From Lama guanicoe (lineage: Eukaryota): 64,000 bases of DNA. Shown here one piece after another: positions 24,901-37,990 of the stretch (position 1 is the stretch's first letter; each line of letters begins with the position of its first letter). Below the pieces are notes generated by a model that saw nothing but the letters and a program-made list of their open reading frames with translations, was not told the origin of the DNA and made no database searches. The position numbers and the translations under genes are program-made. Location of the stretch: the NCBI GenBank assembly GCA_013239625.1, contig MU053482.1, forward strand, positions 4,849,775 to 4,913,774. The letters are read 5' to 3'.

Positions 24901-27900
24901 AGCACCAGGTCTGACACTGCCCGGCTGGGCCAGTGCAGACCTTGAGCAGCATGCCCACCCCGACCCGACCCAGGGCACCCGTGGTTTGCAGGTCACTGCC
25001 AAGGGTGCTCTCTCTCCTGCCCTCTGTGTACCCGCCTGGGATTCTGCACTGATGTATAGAATGGGAGTGCACTTCGAAGCCAGGCTGACAAATATACATT
25101 TGGGTCTGCTGGGGATTCAGCACATGTTTGAACCTTATGTGAGCTTCAGGTCTGATCTCCTTCCCTGGCACGTGGACGGGGCTCCGTAAATGATAGTCCC
25201 CGTCCTTTAGGAGTACTGACTGAACAGAGATGCTCATTTTCTGAAAAGATGAGTAAAGCTAGTTGCGTTGACCCCTGGCTTCTGTACTACAGCCAGGATG
25301 CAGCCAACGTTTTACAGGATATACATTAGTGTCACAGATGACTCATTTGTTCCTCTTGTTACCTTTTGAGGATGATGGAGGGACATATTATCACCTCAAC
25401 TTCAGAGGTGGGGAAACTTGGACTTAAGGAGATTATATTGTGATGTCCTATAGGTGCTAAATGTCAAAGCCAGAGCATTATTCAGATTCTCTGATTCTGT
25501 GAATAGCACTAACCTAACTTAAAATGTCTAACACTTCTATAGTACTTCATAGTGTAAGAAGGGTCTCACATACGTGATTTTGCTCATCCTTACAATGACT
25601 TACTTATTATAGTTATAATTAGCTTACTTAGATGGTATTGTATCTTAGAGGTGAGGAAACTAAAATCAGAAGAGTTGGGTGATCTTCCTAAGGGCACTTA
25701 GCTGGGAAGTAATTCATGTCAGGACTCGATCCCGTGGCTCACTGCTGCTCTGCCACTGAGGAAGGGAAGAGCTCTCTTGCCATTGTCACTCGCCATCACT
25801 CCAAACATCATGGTGGCCACCCTACTCTCAGGCCACTGCCTGCAATGGCCAATCTCTCTGCCTATGACCCAGATTTGAATTTCTCCCAGGTTAGGCCACA
25901 CCAGCTAACTAAATATGAAGTTGGTTTGTTTGGGGCTAAAGTCACCTTAAGTCAGGCAGTTGTGCTGATCAAATAAATGTTGAGGTTGGTAGATATATGT
26001 CTTTGATTTTCTTTTTGAAACGGAGAACACCAAGTAGTTTAGTAAATGTCTTGGGATATAGAATCTTTCAAATCATTGGCAAATCATGATAAGAAAGGGT
26101 GAAAGGGCAGGAAAGATTAATAGGAAAAGACGGTGAATTATTTGTTTACTCTCATGCTATCTCTGGGCACAAGTATTCTCTTCCTCCTTGTATCCCAGTT
26201 CTTTATGGTGTGAAATAGAGTCGAAAGAGATGGGGGTTATGGAGGCAATTTCATTTCACAAATAGGGGTATGCAGATAAGAAAAACTTAGATAAATTTCT
26301 AGGTTTGCGTTTTCTCAGGCTTTTTGTTGGAACCTAGCTCTTGGTTGAGAATCAGTGCTTCCCTGATAAATCCATAAGGAAGAGTAGAGACCTTGGGGGG
26401 CTGTGTTGCTAACCTTTCCATATAGATGGCATTTTGCTGTCCTGTGGGTCAGGCTGAATCCGAGGAGCTGGGGTTGCCCCCACCCACTTCCTCTCTTCCC
26501 CCTGAATGATTTTGGGGTCTTCTTAGGTGCTGCTACCAGGTACCCTCTCCCAAGGAGTTCTTTCTGGGTGCCTGTGGCCGACATGCTGGCTTTGGATCCC
26601 CATTAGGCTGATGGTTGGAACAGTCACCCCAAGGCTGTTGAATACAAGAGTAAGATGTCTTGTTCTTCAAGGGGAGAAGCCAAGTCCTCATTTAAGGTGG
26701 CAACGAAACGAGCAGCAGAAAGACTGTGCATGGAGTGTTCCTGTCAGCGAGGACATCCTGTGCTTTCACAGGCCCAGTCTCTGGGCCAGCACAGCATTCC
26801 CAGGCCTTGGAGCTGGGAGCCCAGACGGCCTGGGCTCTGGGCTTGGAGACTCAGCATTGTTGTAAATAAGGTCATCAGTTTCTCTTGGTGTTTGCCCAAA
26901 CATTGGGGTTGAAATTGTTTCCATTCACAGCATAATGATTTATTGGAGGCTGAGGAAAATGTTGAAGGGAGGGCAGGGCCCTTTGATCTGTTGTTTTGTG
27001 TGACCTGAGCAAGGGAAGGGTCACATTTTTGAACAGATGTTAATGACTAAACTGTGGTTGATCTTGTCTGAAAAGTTTTTTAAAGGGTGCTGGTCAATAG
27101 GAGGAGGGGGCAGGGAGATGGGGAGCGTAAGGACAGGGGAAGCAGGTGCTCGCCTTCGGAAGCAAGTGAGTACGTAGCCGACTGTGCGCTGGGGACTCTG
27201 ATAATATTGTTGATTTAGAACAACGGGGAGATAATAGACTCCTCTGTGGTGGAGCAAGGTGAGGGTGTGTGGGGCTGTTGGGGCTGTACACCGGGATCTG
27301 AGGGGAGGGGCGGCCAGGCTGGGATTTAATGTGGCCCTGCCATAGGGGTGGCCCACAGGAAGGGATGCCTAGTGGGTAGGGATGGTTCCGTGGTTCTCAC
27401 GAGCTGGCCGTTTGGAGACGGTCTCAGCTGGAGACTGGTGGTAAAGCGGTATGACCCCAGTGTGAAGGAAAAGCTAACCCAGCAGGGTACAGAGGAGGTG
27501 CTAGATCCAGCCCCCACCCCCATCCCAGCCCATAGCATCAATTCAACTTGTGCTGTCCCAGTCCTTCCCTGGAGGAGACAAGCCAGATCACAGGTGCGCC
27601 CTCGGGTGGCCCTTGCAGGGGTCATGCAATGAGCTTGGGTGGAGAGGGGTTCTCTGGATTTAAATGTCCAGATTTGGAAAGCAGGAAGTAGACTGGAAGG
27701 GATTATCAGTAGTGTAATCATGCAACTTATTGTCTAAACCAGGTACTTTTGAGAGTGAAAGGGGGCATTATTCATAATTATGCCTGGGGAAAAGCAATAA
27801 ATCAAACTGTCCTGCAAACTGGGCTGCACAGTCACTGTAGCTTTCAGGCCATATCTGATGCTTTGAAGTTAACACCCTATTGTTTATTGGTAGCTGTGAT

Positions 27901-28311
27901 GGTGGCTGAATGGCAGGCATAATTTGCCATCAAATCCCTGGACAGCTGCTCTGAGTCCTGAGAATCCCTGCCTGCAAGGTGAACCAGTGCCACCTCCTTG
28001 TAGGAGGTGCTTTCCACATGGCAGCATCAGCAGGCCTGGCTGTGACCACTCCGAGCCCAAGGTCATTGATGGGGAGACAATCCCTGCCCATGTCACAGGG
28101 AGTCTCTGTGCTCTGGAATGTTTCGGCCTGATTTGGGGGGAAGACTCCCTCCACTGTGCCTGAACAGAACTGAGCATTGGTCACGGTGCAGGATAATTTC
28201 TGTCCATCTGTTTCCTGGGCTGGCAGCTGTTTTGGGCAGGGCTGCATCCCCCGGTGCTGGCACCGCAGCCCTGGCGGCCCTGAGCTCACCATGCTTTCTT
28301 GGCCATCACAG

Positions 28312-28380
28312 GTGGACAGCCGGACTGAAGAGAATGACATGAACAAGCGGAGGCGGAAAGGCTTCAACAACCTGGATGAG
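28312..28380 (+). CDS. MICAL2: MICAL2 coding exon (VDSRTEENDMNKRRRKGFNNLDE), second basic cluster
   Basis: Acceptor ccatcacag, donor gttcgt; 69 nt, phase 0-0. Confidence 0.92.
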
Positions 28381-29556
28381 GTTCGTGTGCTCAGTGTCAG
28401 TTTCCACAAAGGCCCATTTCCTGACAGCCCGTGGGCACAGCCTTCCCACTTGACCATGGCAGGCGGCCTGCCCTCCTTTCTCTCCTCTCTCATGAACTGC
28501 CGGGATCCAAGCTTGGCTTGACAGGAAACCAGTGGGTCTGATCCTCACTGCCTACCAGCTCTGTCTCCCTCCCAGGGTGTGGCTCATGTCTATAAAACAC
28601 AGATGACACATTTGAAATGTATGACATTTTGCATGATTTTTAAAGATTAAAGAAGGAGACACATCTAACATGCCAGGCGTCGTCTCTGGCTCTTAGGTTC
28701 ATCACGATATAATCACTATTAATAGGAAGTAGTAAAAGAGGCACCAGCAGACCCACTTTTCTCCCAAAGTTTCTACTTTTTGCTTTGTGTACCTTTAGTC
28801 TTTAAGGCAAATGTCCCAGCACCCACAAGTGCCATCTTCTGGCAAAAGAAGAAGATTACAAGCTATTTTGTCAAAGCCAAGTAGCCGAATCTCTCTCCTG
28901 CTCCTGAAAAATTGATCAGAGAAAGAGTATTGGTTCTTGCTTACCCAGGTAGGCCTTTAAAGAAACCTGAGATACATACCTCATTCCAAACAGCCGTTCT
29001 CATCCCACAAAAGCAAGCAGAGATATCGTCTGTGAACTGTAGGACACCAGCTTTTGCTACTACTGGCTGATACCAAAATGATGACATTGAGGCATGCGGG
29101 ATAATTTATAGGATACATTCATGCTTGATTTATAGGACTTAGGAAAAAACTTCTTCTGTCTTATATGGTTGAAGAGCTGTTGCTCTTGGCGCTGATCTGA
29201 GCGAGAAGCCAGTGAATAGAGAGGTAGTTGAGGTGAAGCCGAGGCTGAAGAACTGGGCTGGAGAGACATCCCATTCGCCAGTTACAGGGTGTTGGCTCTG
29301 CCTTAAGTGCCTGTGATTTGCTCCCGCCTCCGCCCAAGAAGCTTCCCTTGGATTCATTTTGTCTCGGGGGAAGTCTTCCGCCTTTCATCTGTGCCTTATT
29401 TGAGGGGGTGTTTGCTGTTTCTGTTGCTGGCAGCACAGGAGTTAGGGTGTGGGAAGAAATCTGGTCACATCCGCCCCTTCTGAAATGGCTCTGCTTTCTG
29501 GGCCAGCTGTTTTGCTTAAAGTCAGATTTAACCAAGCAATGATTCTCTCTAAATTC

Positions 29557-29720
29557 TCGCTACTCAAAATGTGGGCCAGGAACCAGGGGCACCAGTATCA
29601 CCTGGCAGCTGGTTAGAAATGCAGGCTCTCGGGGCTCCCTCCAGACCTACTGGATCCGAATCTGCTTTTGAAGGAGACTCCCAGTGATTTGTGTACACGT
29701 GAAAGTCTGAGAAGGGCTGG
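29557..29720. mobile_element. MER5-family hAT element
   Basis: ctactcaaaatgtggg...atcacctggcagctggttagaaatgcag...ccagacctact...gtctgagaag. Confidence 0.8.
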
Positions 29721-30165
29721 TTGGTCGGCACGGCCCGCTGTCCTGGCCTGTTTTGGCCTTGTACAAACAGTGACCACCCCAGTACACTTGCCCTATTCAC
29801 ACTCAAGTCTGCATTGCGAGGCAGAGCTATAGTCCCCCCTTTGAAGTGGAGACTAACTCTTTGGTTTGTGTTTGTCCAGCTCTTCAGTGGCTGTGCATGC
29901 AAGGTTTCCCATGGGGCTGCTACTCCTAGGAATCTTTTTTTTTTTTTAATCGCCTATAGCTTGCCTCTTCCCATGGATTTCTTCTAAGTGAACATATCTT
30001 TGTTTTGGGAACATCTGTTCCTGCGAGGGAGATTCATTGTCTCCCTGGGAAAGCTGGCTGCCCTCTTGACATGACAGTGCCCTTTACACTTCTGAGGTCG
30101 ATGAGGGCAGATCTATGGCACTGGGCAACAGACAATCGATGGACACTGATAATTTTCAAAGTTTT

Positions 30166-30289
30166 TTTTTAATCGAGTTATAGTCAGTTTATAATGTGTC
30201 AATTTCCGGTGTACAGCACAATTTTTCAGTCATACATGAGTATACATATATTCATCTTCACATTCTTTTTCACTATGAGCTACCACAAC
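30166..30289 (-). mobile_element. 5'-truncated young L1 3' end with 14-bp TSD
   Basis: TSD attttcaaagtttt at 30152-30165 and 30290-30303; same 3' tip as the 8128 and 54467 copies. Confidence 0.85.
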
Positions 30290-30399
30290 ATTTTCAAAGT
30301 TTTATCTTTGACAGATGAGCTTAGAAAATCTTCCATGGAATTCCATTTCGTAAAACAGCATAACCAAGTGATCATGGTCAACATTGTACCATCGTAAGT

Positions 30400-30830
30400 C
30401 GTGTTGATATCATGTATCCCGAAATAAAGCAATGAAAAGGGTCCTTCTCCAAAATCCCTAACTGGTCTAATCATGAGTGAACATCAGCCCAACCCAGATC
30501 AAGGGACTTTGTACGAAATAGCTGACCTGTCCAAGGTCAGGAAGGACAGAGAGAGATGGAGAAACTGTTACAGACGAGAGGAGGCTGAGGAGACATGACG
30601 ATGAAATGCATCACCATGAAATGTGGGAAACTGGTACCACCTGAATCAAGTCTGTAGTTCAGTTAATATATCTTGCTAATTTCTCGGTTTTAGTAACACT
30701 ACCGTGATTACCATGATTATCCCAGATGTTAACATTAGGTACAGCTGGGCCAATGGTATGCAGGAACTATCTGCTATCTTTGTAACTTTTCTGTCAACTT
30801 AAAATTATTTCAAACTTAAGTTTATTTTTT
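30400..30830 (+). mobile_element. Old L1M (L1MC-like) 3' UTR fragment
   Basis: ggagacatgacgatgaaatgca...agatgttaacattagg...gaactatctgctatctttgtaacttttctgt. Confidence 0.65.
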
Positions 30831-31014
30831 TAGAGAGAGTAACACCAGAGCAGGGCTAGTTGGTGTTGGGAGAAGGGTGCAGAGGAGAGAGGGGAAGCCC
30901 AGAGCCTGTGCCTTGCCTGACACCCCCTCCTGTTTCCTTCACCCCTGGGCAGCCACGTGATGTAGTTTGAGAACTATTTTACTCATCATTTTATCGTTAC
31001 ATTTGATTTTTGCA

Positions 31015-31140
31015 TCGCTTACATGGAAGTAGGTCCCATTTTACAGATGAGGAAACTTCAGAGAAGTTAAGTAATTTCCAAGGTCGCTGAGCTGGGAGGT
31101 CAAAGAGGATTCAAACACTAACTGTCTGGCTCCCAATTCT
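31015..31140 (-). mobile_element. MIR SINE
   Basis: cccattttacagatgaggaaact...aaggtc...ggattcaaac. Confidence 0.75.
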
Positions 31141-31341
31141 GTCTGTGTCCTACTTTGAGAAGACACATCCCTCCTGTGAGCGTTGTCGCCATTGGGCCTT
31201 GCCTGCTACATCAGCCTCACCTCCTCAGACCACAAAAGGTGTCCTTTTTTAGGAAACTGTCCCTGTCATGAGCCCCCGAGGCCCCTCCCTGATATCTGGG
31301 TTCCAGATCCAACAACCAATGCACTAATTTGGCCTTTGCAG

Positions 31342-31485
31342 CCTTCAGCCTTTCTGAGCCAGAGCTTGGGCTCCAATCAAGAGGGCGGTAAAGAAGGTGG
31401 AAATCAGAACAAAGTCAAGTCCATGGCAAGTCAGCTGCTGGCCAAGTTCGAGGAGAACTCTCGGAACCCTTCGCTCCTGAGGCAG
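31342..31485 (+). CDS. MICAL2: MICAL2 coding exon ([48 protein letters not shown])
   Basis: Acceptor cctttgcag, donor gtgagt; 144 nt, phase 0-0. Confidence 0.93.
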
Positions 31486-31631
31486 GTGAGTCCTGTCAAA
31501 TGTTCACTGGTGCCGCCTTCCTGGTGACCAGAACCCACTGAGAAGCCAGCAGAAAGGTCAGGCTAGTGATGGTGGATTTCAGGTGAGCCAACCAGGCCTG
31601 GCTCAAAGGGAGACTCAAGCTCCTTCTAGAT

Positions 31632-31854
31632 CTGGAGTCAGCAGACTTTTCTAAAAGGGGCCAGAGAGCAAATATTTTAGGCTTTGGGGGCTACCGGATC
31701 TCCCTTGCAGCAACTCAGCTCTGTCGTTATAGTGTGAAAGCAGCCATGGACAATATGTAAACAAACGTGCAGGGCTGTGTGCCAGTAAAACTTAATTTAC
31801 CAAAACAGGCAGCAGGCTGGCTTTGGCCCGAGGACCATAGTTCACTGATGCCTG
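31632..31854. mobile_element. MER58A-like hAT element
   Basis: aaatattttaggctttg...caactcagctctg...gcagccatggacaatatgtaaacaaa...ggctgtgtgccagtaaaactt. Confidence 0.8.
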
Positions 31855-32930
31855 TTCTGCGCTGGAAAGGAAATCCCTTCCCTGATTTGGTTTTGCTTTG
31901 CAGCCATCTTTGAGATGGTACAGCTGGAGGGAGATTTAGGCATGCTGACTGCCTGGGGGGTCTAAGTCCACAGTGAGAGGACACATCCAAACCAGGGGAA
32001 ACTGAGTCATGGGTCTTAGTTCCATGTGGGCCTACAGGAATGGAGAGCCTCCTGAGCATCCTCTGGGGCCCCTGTCTCCTTGCTCCCTTGGTTCAGCCTG
32101 GCAGGTCTTCTGTGTCTGGCCAGGGTCCTTGTGAGGCTGAAGGAGGTAGGATGCTCTGGGCCAGGCTGAATTCTCTCTGATTCTGGCTCGGTGTCTGTGC
32201 TGCATGGTTCCATTTGCTCCCCTGAATTCCTCAGGGACACCACTGTCACACTGGGATAAGAGTGTCAGTTTTTCTTTGAAGAGCACCTGTCACATGACAG
32301 AATTAGGTTTTTCTCAGGAGGAGGACAAACTCTTGATTAATTCAGTTGAGAGGCAATCACAGATGTCTCCTTAGTCTTGATGTGGACAGTGCCACTCCTG
32401 GACAAACTGATCTTCCCCAGGAAGCCAGCTTTTTTTTTTTTTAATAATAAAAAAGAGACTTGTAGTTGTCTGAATTGTCTTCTCATTGCCCCTTCTGGAG
32501 GCTTGGCCCTTTGCAGTGCCCAGGTGTGGATGAGGGCTCTTTTCCATCAAAAGGACTGTTGTGGGCATCCAGTGGGCAGGAAGCATCCCCATTTCCAGGA
32601 GGACTTTGAGACTAGCCACCCTGGCCTGGCATGGGCTCTGGCAATGCCTGCCCGGTGTCCCACGTCTGAGCCAGAAGCCAGCTTCCTGGGGATTCACACA
32701 TTGTCCAAGAGGAGGGGACTATGGGACTTGCTGGTCACATGGACAGAGAGCCAGGGTTCAAGTTTCCTGCTGGACCCAGCTTGTCAGAGCTCAGCCCAGG
32801 GCTCACTCAGCATCTGCACTCTCTCTCCCTGCCTCTCTTCCTCTCCTGCCTCCAAGTGTCTCAGTCTGAACTCACCTTTTCCTTCCTATTTCCTGCGGCT
32901 GCTTTTTCGGACTCACCTTCCTCCTCCCAG

Positions 32931-33053
32931 GAGCACCGTGTCTCAGGGATAGGTAAGCCTGTCCTGCACTCTTCCTCTGACCCTCCTGTTAACTCTCGCT
33001 GTCCCAAGCCGGAGCAGCCCACACCCAGCCCATCACCAACTCTGAAAAGGCAG
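32931..33053 (+). CDS. MICAL2: MICAL2 coding exon, probably alternative ([41 protein letters not shown])
   Basis: Acceptor ctcctcccag, donor gtaggg; 123 nt, phase 0-0. Confidence 0.88.
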
Positions 33054-33669
33054 GTAGGGCTCCTTCCAGTGGACGCTGTCTTGGTGAAGCCAGAGGGGAC
33101 TTTGATCCAGAGGGCGGGGTCTGTGGCTCTCTCTGCACCCCATGTAGGGCTGACTGTAGATTCTCTGTGAAGGCAGACACAACTTGAGGTCACCACCCTT
33201 ATAGATAAGACTAGCCAAGTATGCAGCATCTTAAAATGCATGCCAGTCAGCGGCATCGACTAACCAGCTACCATGCTTTTGGTGCTTTATTTGCCTGGGA
33301 TAAAGCAGACCACAGTGATGCCCCTGGGACACTTAGCTTATCTGTAGACCTCTTAAGTAGGCTGATTTCTAAATCGATGGAAAAGTGGCAGTGATAGTGG
33401 AATGGGCTCAGGTGGCCAACTGGCTGCAAGCCGTTGAAGGGGTAAGACTGGAATGTGGTGAAGATCTCCTCTGGTACCTGAGCAGATGGGGATCTGCCCA
33501 GTGGCAGCCTTGAGCCACAGACTGAGGCTTTTTCAGCTAGCATCTCTGGTTTGGAATACGAACAGGGTCACTATGACAGACCACAGCACTCAAACGTGCT
33601 GGTCAGCACTAGGAATTTTGCGTTGCTTTGGGGGGTGTGGAGGTCAAAGGAGGTCACTGTGGATGTACT

Positions 33670-33915
33670 GCAGTGATTTTATGTCTGTGTACGAATCACC
33701 TAGAGAGCTTTATCAAAAATATCAATTTCTGGTGCTCAGCCCCAGATTAATTAAGCCAGGATATCTAGGGGTTGGACCCAGACTTTGAGAACCAGGTCAG
33801 CATAGGCTCTGATTTGGTGGGTCTGGGGTGAGGCCCGGGACGGTGTTGTTAAGGATGATGTCAGGTGATTCTGATGCGGGTGGTGGACAGTCAACCCCCG
33901 AGGTTAGTTTGGAAT
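33670..33915. mobile_element. MER5-family fragments
   Basis: gaatcacctagagagctt and caggtgattctgatgc blocks. Confidence 0.55.
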
Positions 33916-34036
33916 CTGACGCAATGTGGCACCTGGTGTGCCCTTGCCTCTCATCCTCATGAGGGTTCCTCACGGTGGAGGGGGTCCATGGGAGGGCCAC
34001 AGCCGGGAAGGAAGCTTGATTTTCCTTCTCCCCCAG

Positions 34037-34255
34037 TTCCCTTCGGTGGTTGTGACGGGGCATGTGCTCCGAGAGCTAAAGCAAGTGTCTGCTGGTGGCG
34101 AGTGCCCGAGCAGGCCCTGGAGAGCCAGAGCCAAGTCTGACCTGCATCTGAGGGGGCCAGAAAATGCCGCCACCCTGCCGCCCACCTGCCAGGGAGCGCG
34201 GGCCCTCTCCGGGGTGCTGTGGCGGCTGCAGCAAGTGGAGGAGAAGATTCTCCAG
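34037..34255 (+). CDS. MICAL2: MICAL2 coding exon, probably alternative ([17 protein letters not shown]...[17 protein letters not shown])
   Basis: Acceptor ctcccccag, donor gtgaca; 219 nt, phase 0-0. Confidence 0.9.
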
Positions 34256-34502
34256 GTGACAGCCTCGCTCTCTGCCCTGCCTCTGCCTCCACCCATGTCT
34301 GGGGTGCCTGCCTTTCCCCCCTCCCTCCTCCTGCCCAGGGCGGGTTCCTCCTCTGACCCTTCCCTCCCACTCTCCTGTCCTGCCAGGTGTAGTGGGTGTG
34401 ACAAGCCCACCTGGCCACCTCCCGCCTCTCCCCCAGAGGGAGCCCTCACATCTCTGTCACTATTGCTTTTTTCTTCTTTCTCCTTTCTCACCCTGACTGT
34501 AG

Positions 34503-34604
34503 AAGAGGGCTCAGAACTTGGCCAACAGGGAATTTCACAAAAAGAACATTAAGGAGAAGGCGGCTCACCTCGCCTCCATGTTTGGACACGGGGATTTCCC
34601 ACAG
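34503..34604 (+). CDS. MICAL2: MICAL2 coding exon ([34 protein letters not shown])
   Basis: Long pyrimidine tract, acceptor gactgtag, donor gtaaac; 102 nt, phase 0-0. Confidence 0.91.
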
Positions 34605-35787
34605 GTAAACACGGGGCTTTCAGAGCCCCCAGGAAGCCTGGGGTTGGACATCTAGACATAAGGGAGGTGACCACAAATCAGCCTCTGGAGCTTCATTTCT
34701 TCCTTCCTCCTCCCTTTATAGCCTGAGGTCCTTAATTTACTTTTTAAGCCACCAAAGAATTTGGATTAAAAATACCCCAAATGAGAAGATTCAAAATAAA
34801 TAGATAAGTCATGACAAAGGGAAAACCAAGGCAGAAAAATGGGCTCAGGTCTCAGGAAAACATTACGGAATAGAAACTGTGTGCTGTTAAGTCCTAGACA
34901 GCTTCTGAGTAGGCTGAGCTTCCTAGGAGTCAACACAAGGAAGGAAAGCTGGTCTGTTACAGGAATCACATCACAGTACCTTCGAAGTGAAGGCAAACCA
35001 GTTGCTCATGATGTTTGGGGCACGATGCAGACGTCTCCCTGTGGCCTTGATAAGGAAGACCCTGAATGCTGAGGTCCACCACATTAGTAACCTGCCCTCT
35101 GCTTTCCCAAAAGGCAGCACCAGCCAGGGAGAATGGCCTTGCCTTAGAATAGGAAGCACAGCCCCCCTCCAGGCCAGGTACTTATTTAGAAACTTGCTGA
35201 AAAGAAGAGCATGTGCTCGCAAGGAGACGACAGGGTTGAGGATGGGGCCCCATGGTGCCTGTGTGTCTACAGTATTCCCTTGCTTGCAGCAAGCCTGGTC
35301 TCTAGGACACACCTCCTCTGCTGCTCTCACTCAGTCTCCTCCGGACTTGTGCCTGAGGTACTCAGCAGAGTCGTAGACCTGGGAAGGCTACTTTGCCTTT
35401 AGTTCATTTTTAGGGCTCCATGCATCTGCAGAGGTTCCTGCTAGGGAGTCCAAGTAGCCTGGAGTTGTCCTTGCCTGAGCTTGCAGCTGGCTTCAAGTGT
35501 TAGTGCTGGTGTCTGCAGCCGATGTTGGCAGTAACAGGCTGGATCGGCTCCAGCTATTTTGTTGTGAGGAGGGAGCCAGAATAGGAGCAGAATGCAGTGT
35601 AACCAGGAGCCAGACAGTCCTGCTGGGCCCCAAAGACAGAGGCTCTAGCTTTTTGTCCTGAGACCTGGGCCTGGATGTCCGTTCCCCTCCTTGGATGTGT
35701 AAGCTTGGGGGCTGCACCATCGAGGCGAGCATCGCTGTGCATTTCCCTGGGGATAATCAGAGTTTCTTCTGTTTCTGTTCTGTGCAG

Positions 35788-35913
35788 AATAAACTACTCT
35801 CTAAAAGCCTGTCTCATACTCATCCTCCGTCTTCTCCCTCCTGCCTTCCATCTCCTGATTCAGCTGCTCCTTCCTCTCCGTCGACTGTTGACTCTGTTTC
35901 TCCTGCCAGAAAG
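35788..35913 (+). CDS. MICAL2: MICAL2 coding exon, Ser/Pro-rich ([42 protein letters not shown])
   Basis: Acceptor tctgtgcag, donor gtagtt; 126 nt, phase 0-0. Confidence 0.89.
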
Positions 35914-37749
35914 GTAGTTGTCCTGAACAATTGGCTTCCCCTACTCCCTGCATGTCCTGAGATGTTCTCCTGCTCTGCTTGACCTACACAGACAACCACC
36001 TGAATTTTGGCTTCCCTGGGATGAAAATTTATAAGCTACTTGACAACAACCCTGGGTTTGGTTGGTTTTGTGCGGGAGCAAGAAACATGGTGGAAGAGGC
36101 AGCACACAAAACCTATCAAACAGTGATTGCTCACCCACCAAGCATTCATTAGGCACCCCACCATGTGCCAACCACTGTGCAGGGTACCGAGAAAACAGAG
36201 AGGAGGGAGGTACAGTCCTCTGACTATGGTGTAGATGGCAAATGGCACACCAGCATAGAAATGTGTCGCATTTTACCATATGAAATTGCCAATATTTAGC
36301 TGGTTCTGACCTAACAAGATGCTGATTTCATATGGTAAATCTAATACAATACTATTTGTTAATTCTATCAGAGGTAAAAGGCAAGATTCTAGAAATCCAG
36401 AAGGGAGAACCTGGGAAGGATTCACAGAGGAGGTAATATGGAAGCCAAGTGTTGAAGATTACATTGGGGGTGGATTTTGCTAGAACAAAGTGCAGGGAAG
36501 GGTATTTTAAGGAGAATGTGCAAAGGAAGGCAGACAGGACTTGTGTGGATGGAAAGATAATTCTGGTGCAACTTGATTTGGGGATGAAAGTATTTGTGGG
36601 AGTGTGAAGAATGAGGGTGAAAATCAGCCCACTCTTTTTGTGTTAAAGGAATTCATTCTACCCTCTTGTAAAGAGTCACGGAAGGATCTGCTCTGAGTTC
36701 TGAAGGATGATGCAGGTAGCAGGGCAGAGGTTGGAGAGTTGGTGGGGAGCTAATGTTGGTTGAGTAGATAATGAAATACATCCATAAGCATTGATTAAAT
36801 TTGGGTCCTGGAGCACTTTTCATGTTTTCCACTTGTCTTCTTGTTACCTAATGTGCTAAGACCACCACCAGGCTGGGGTGGGAGGGGGCAGTCTCCGGAG
36901 AAGCTTGGCTCCTGGAATAGATGAACCTAAAAATGGACGTGAAGCTCAGTTGTTTATCTGTTGCTCACAGGAGTAGGTTGGGGACTCTTCCTGGAAGACT
37001 GTGCTCCTCTGAACACCTCCAATCTGTCTGCGCCCACCTGTGCTCGTCTCTGTGTGCAGGGCTGAGTGTGCCCGTCAGAGTTACAGCTCCTTTGTTTCCA
37101 CCCTGTTAGGCTGAAGCACAAACCAGCAACCTGCTCTTGTGTGAGTGGGAAATTAGGAGCTGCCTCCTGGGAGTCCCACCCACACTAACCTCCCCTCCCT
37201 GGTGGAGAAGAATGCAGGCAGGGTCTCCAAGAGAGGAGCTGCCCTGGGAAGCCAGAGGGAGGGGATGTGGAGAAATAACAAACATGTCCCATCATTAGCT
37301 CTACTGAAAGCAGCCCAGGCTGGGGTGCCCGGCATCTTGTTCCAGGTCAGCATTGGTCAGCTATTTGACCTTCAGTCTCCTGACCTGTCTGGGTCTCCAT
37401 TTCCACATCAACAGGAGGGTGATTCCTGGCTCACATGATAGTGAGCTGTATGGGCAGAGAATGGCAGCACCATCACCAAGACCTCAGAGTAGCATTTGTG
37501 CCCAGCTTGTGAGGGGAGTACTTCCTGCTGTGGAAAATGTCATCAGCACCCTTAACAGAACAATGGGAGGGGCAAGGGCATCTGGGCACAGACAGGCAGT
37601 GGCTGGTGCTCCTGGCTAGGGCTGGGCCCACACCTGGCTTCTCTCTGGCCCTGTCCCTTTCTGGGTCACCCCGGACATGCCCTCTGTTGCCTCTGCTTGT
37701 CTTTTGTCCTCGTGAAGGCCTGGCTTGATCACTGCCCTCCCAGGGTTGA

Positions 37750-37990
37750 GAGCAGAGTAATAATCAGGAGTTACCTTCCTGATGAGGCTTGCTTCCTAGT
37801 AGGGGAGGTGAACAATCAGCAATAATGTATAGATGTGAATTATATAATGTATCAGAAGACAGTTTTTCCAATAGGAAAAATAAAGCAGGTAGCAGGGTCC
37901 TGGCATGCTGGGCTAGGGTAGCAATTTTAAATGGGGTTGGCAAGAGGGCTCTTACTGGGAAAAAGAATTGAGCAGGAGCAGAGCCACAGA
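37750..37990 (-). mobile_element. L2 LINE fragment
   Basis: Degenerate L2 3' region (ttctagt...ggaaaaataaagcagg...attttaaatgggg). Confidence 0.55.

Noticed and set aside
29159..29168. CArG-like TCTTATATGG
   Set aside because: One mismatch to consensus and no supporting evidence; such near matches are frequent.
29218..29240. GAGGTAGT resembling the let-7 seed
   Set aside because: Similarity stops after the seed, and I see no complementary arm for a pre-miRNA hairpin.
32377..32952. 191-aa plus-strand ORF
   Set aside because: Intronic, low-information composition, and out of frame with the real exon at 32931.
33957..34491. Two long antisense ORFs over the 34037 exon
   Set aside because: Expected shadow ORFs of GC-rich coding and pyrimidine-rich intron sequence.
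35788..35793. AATAAA at the start of an exon
   Set aside because: It is the Asn-Lys codon pair of a coding exon with a downstream donor; there is no support for cleavage.
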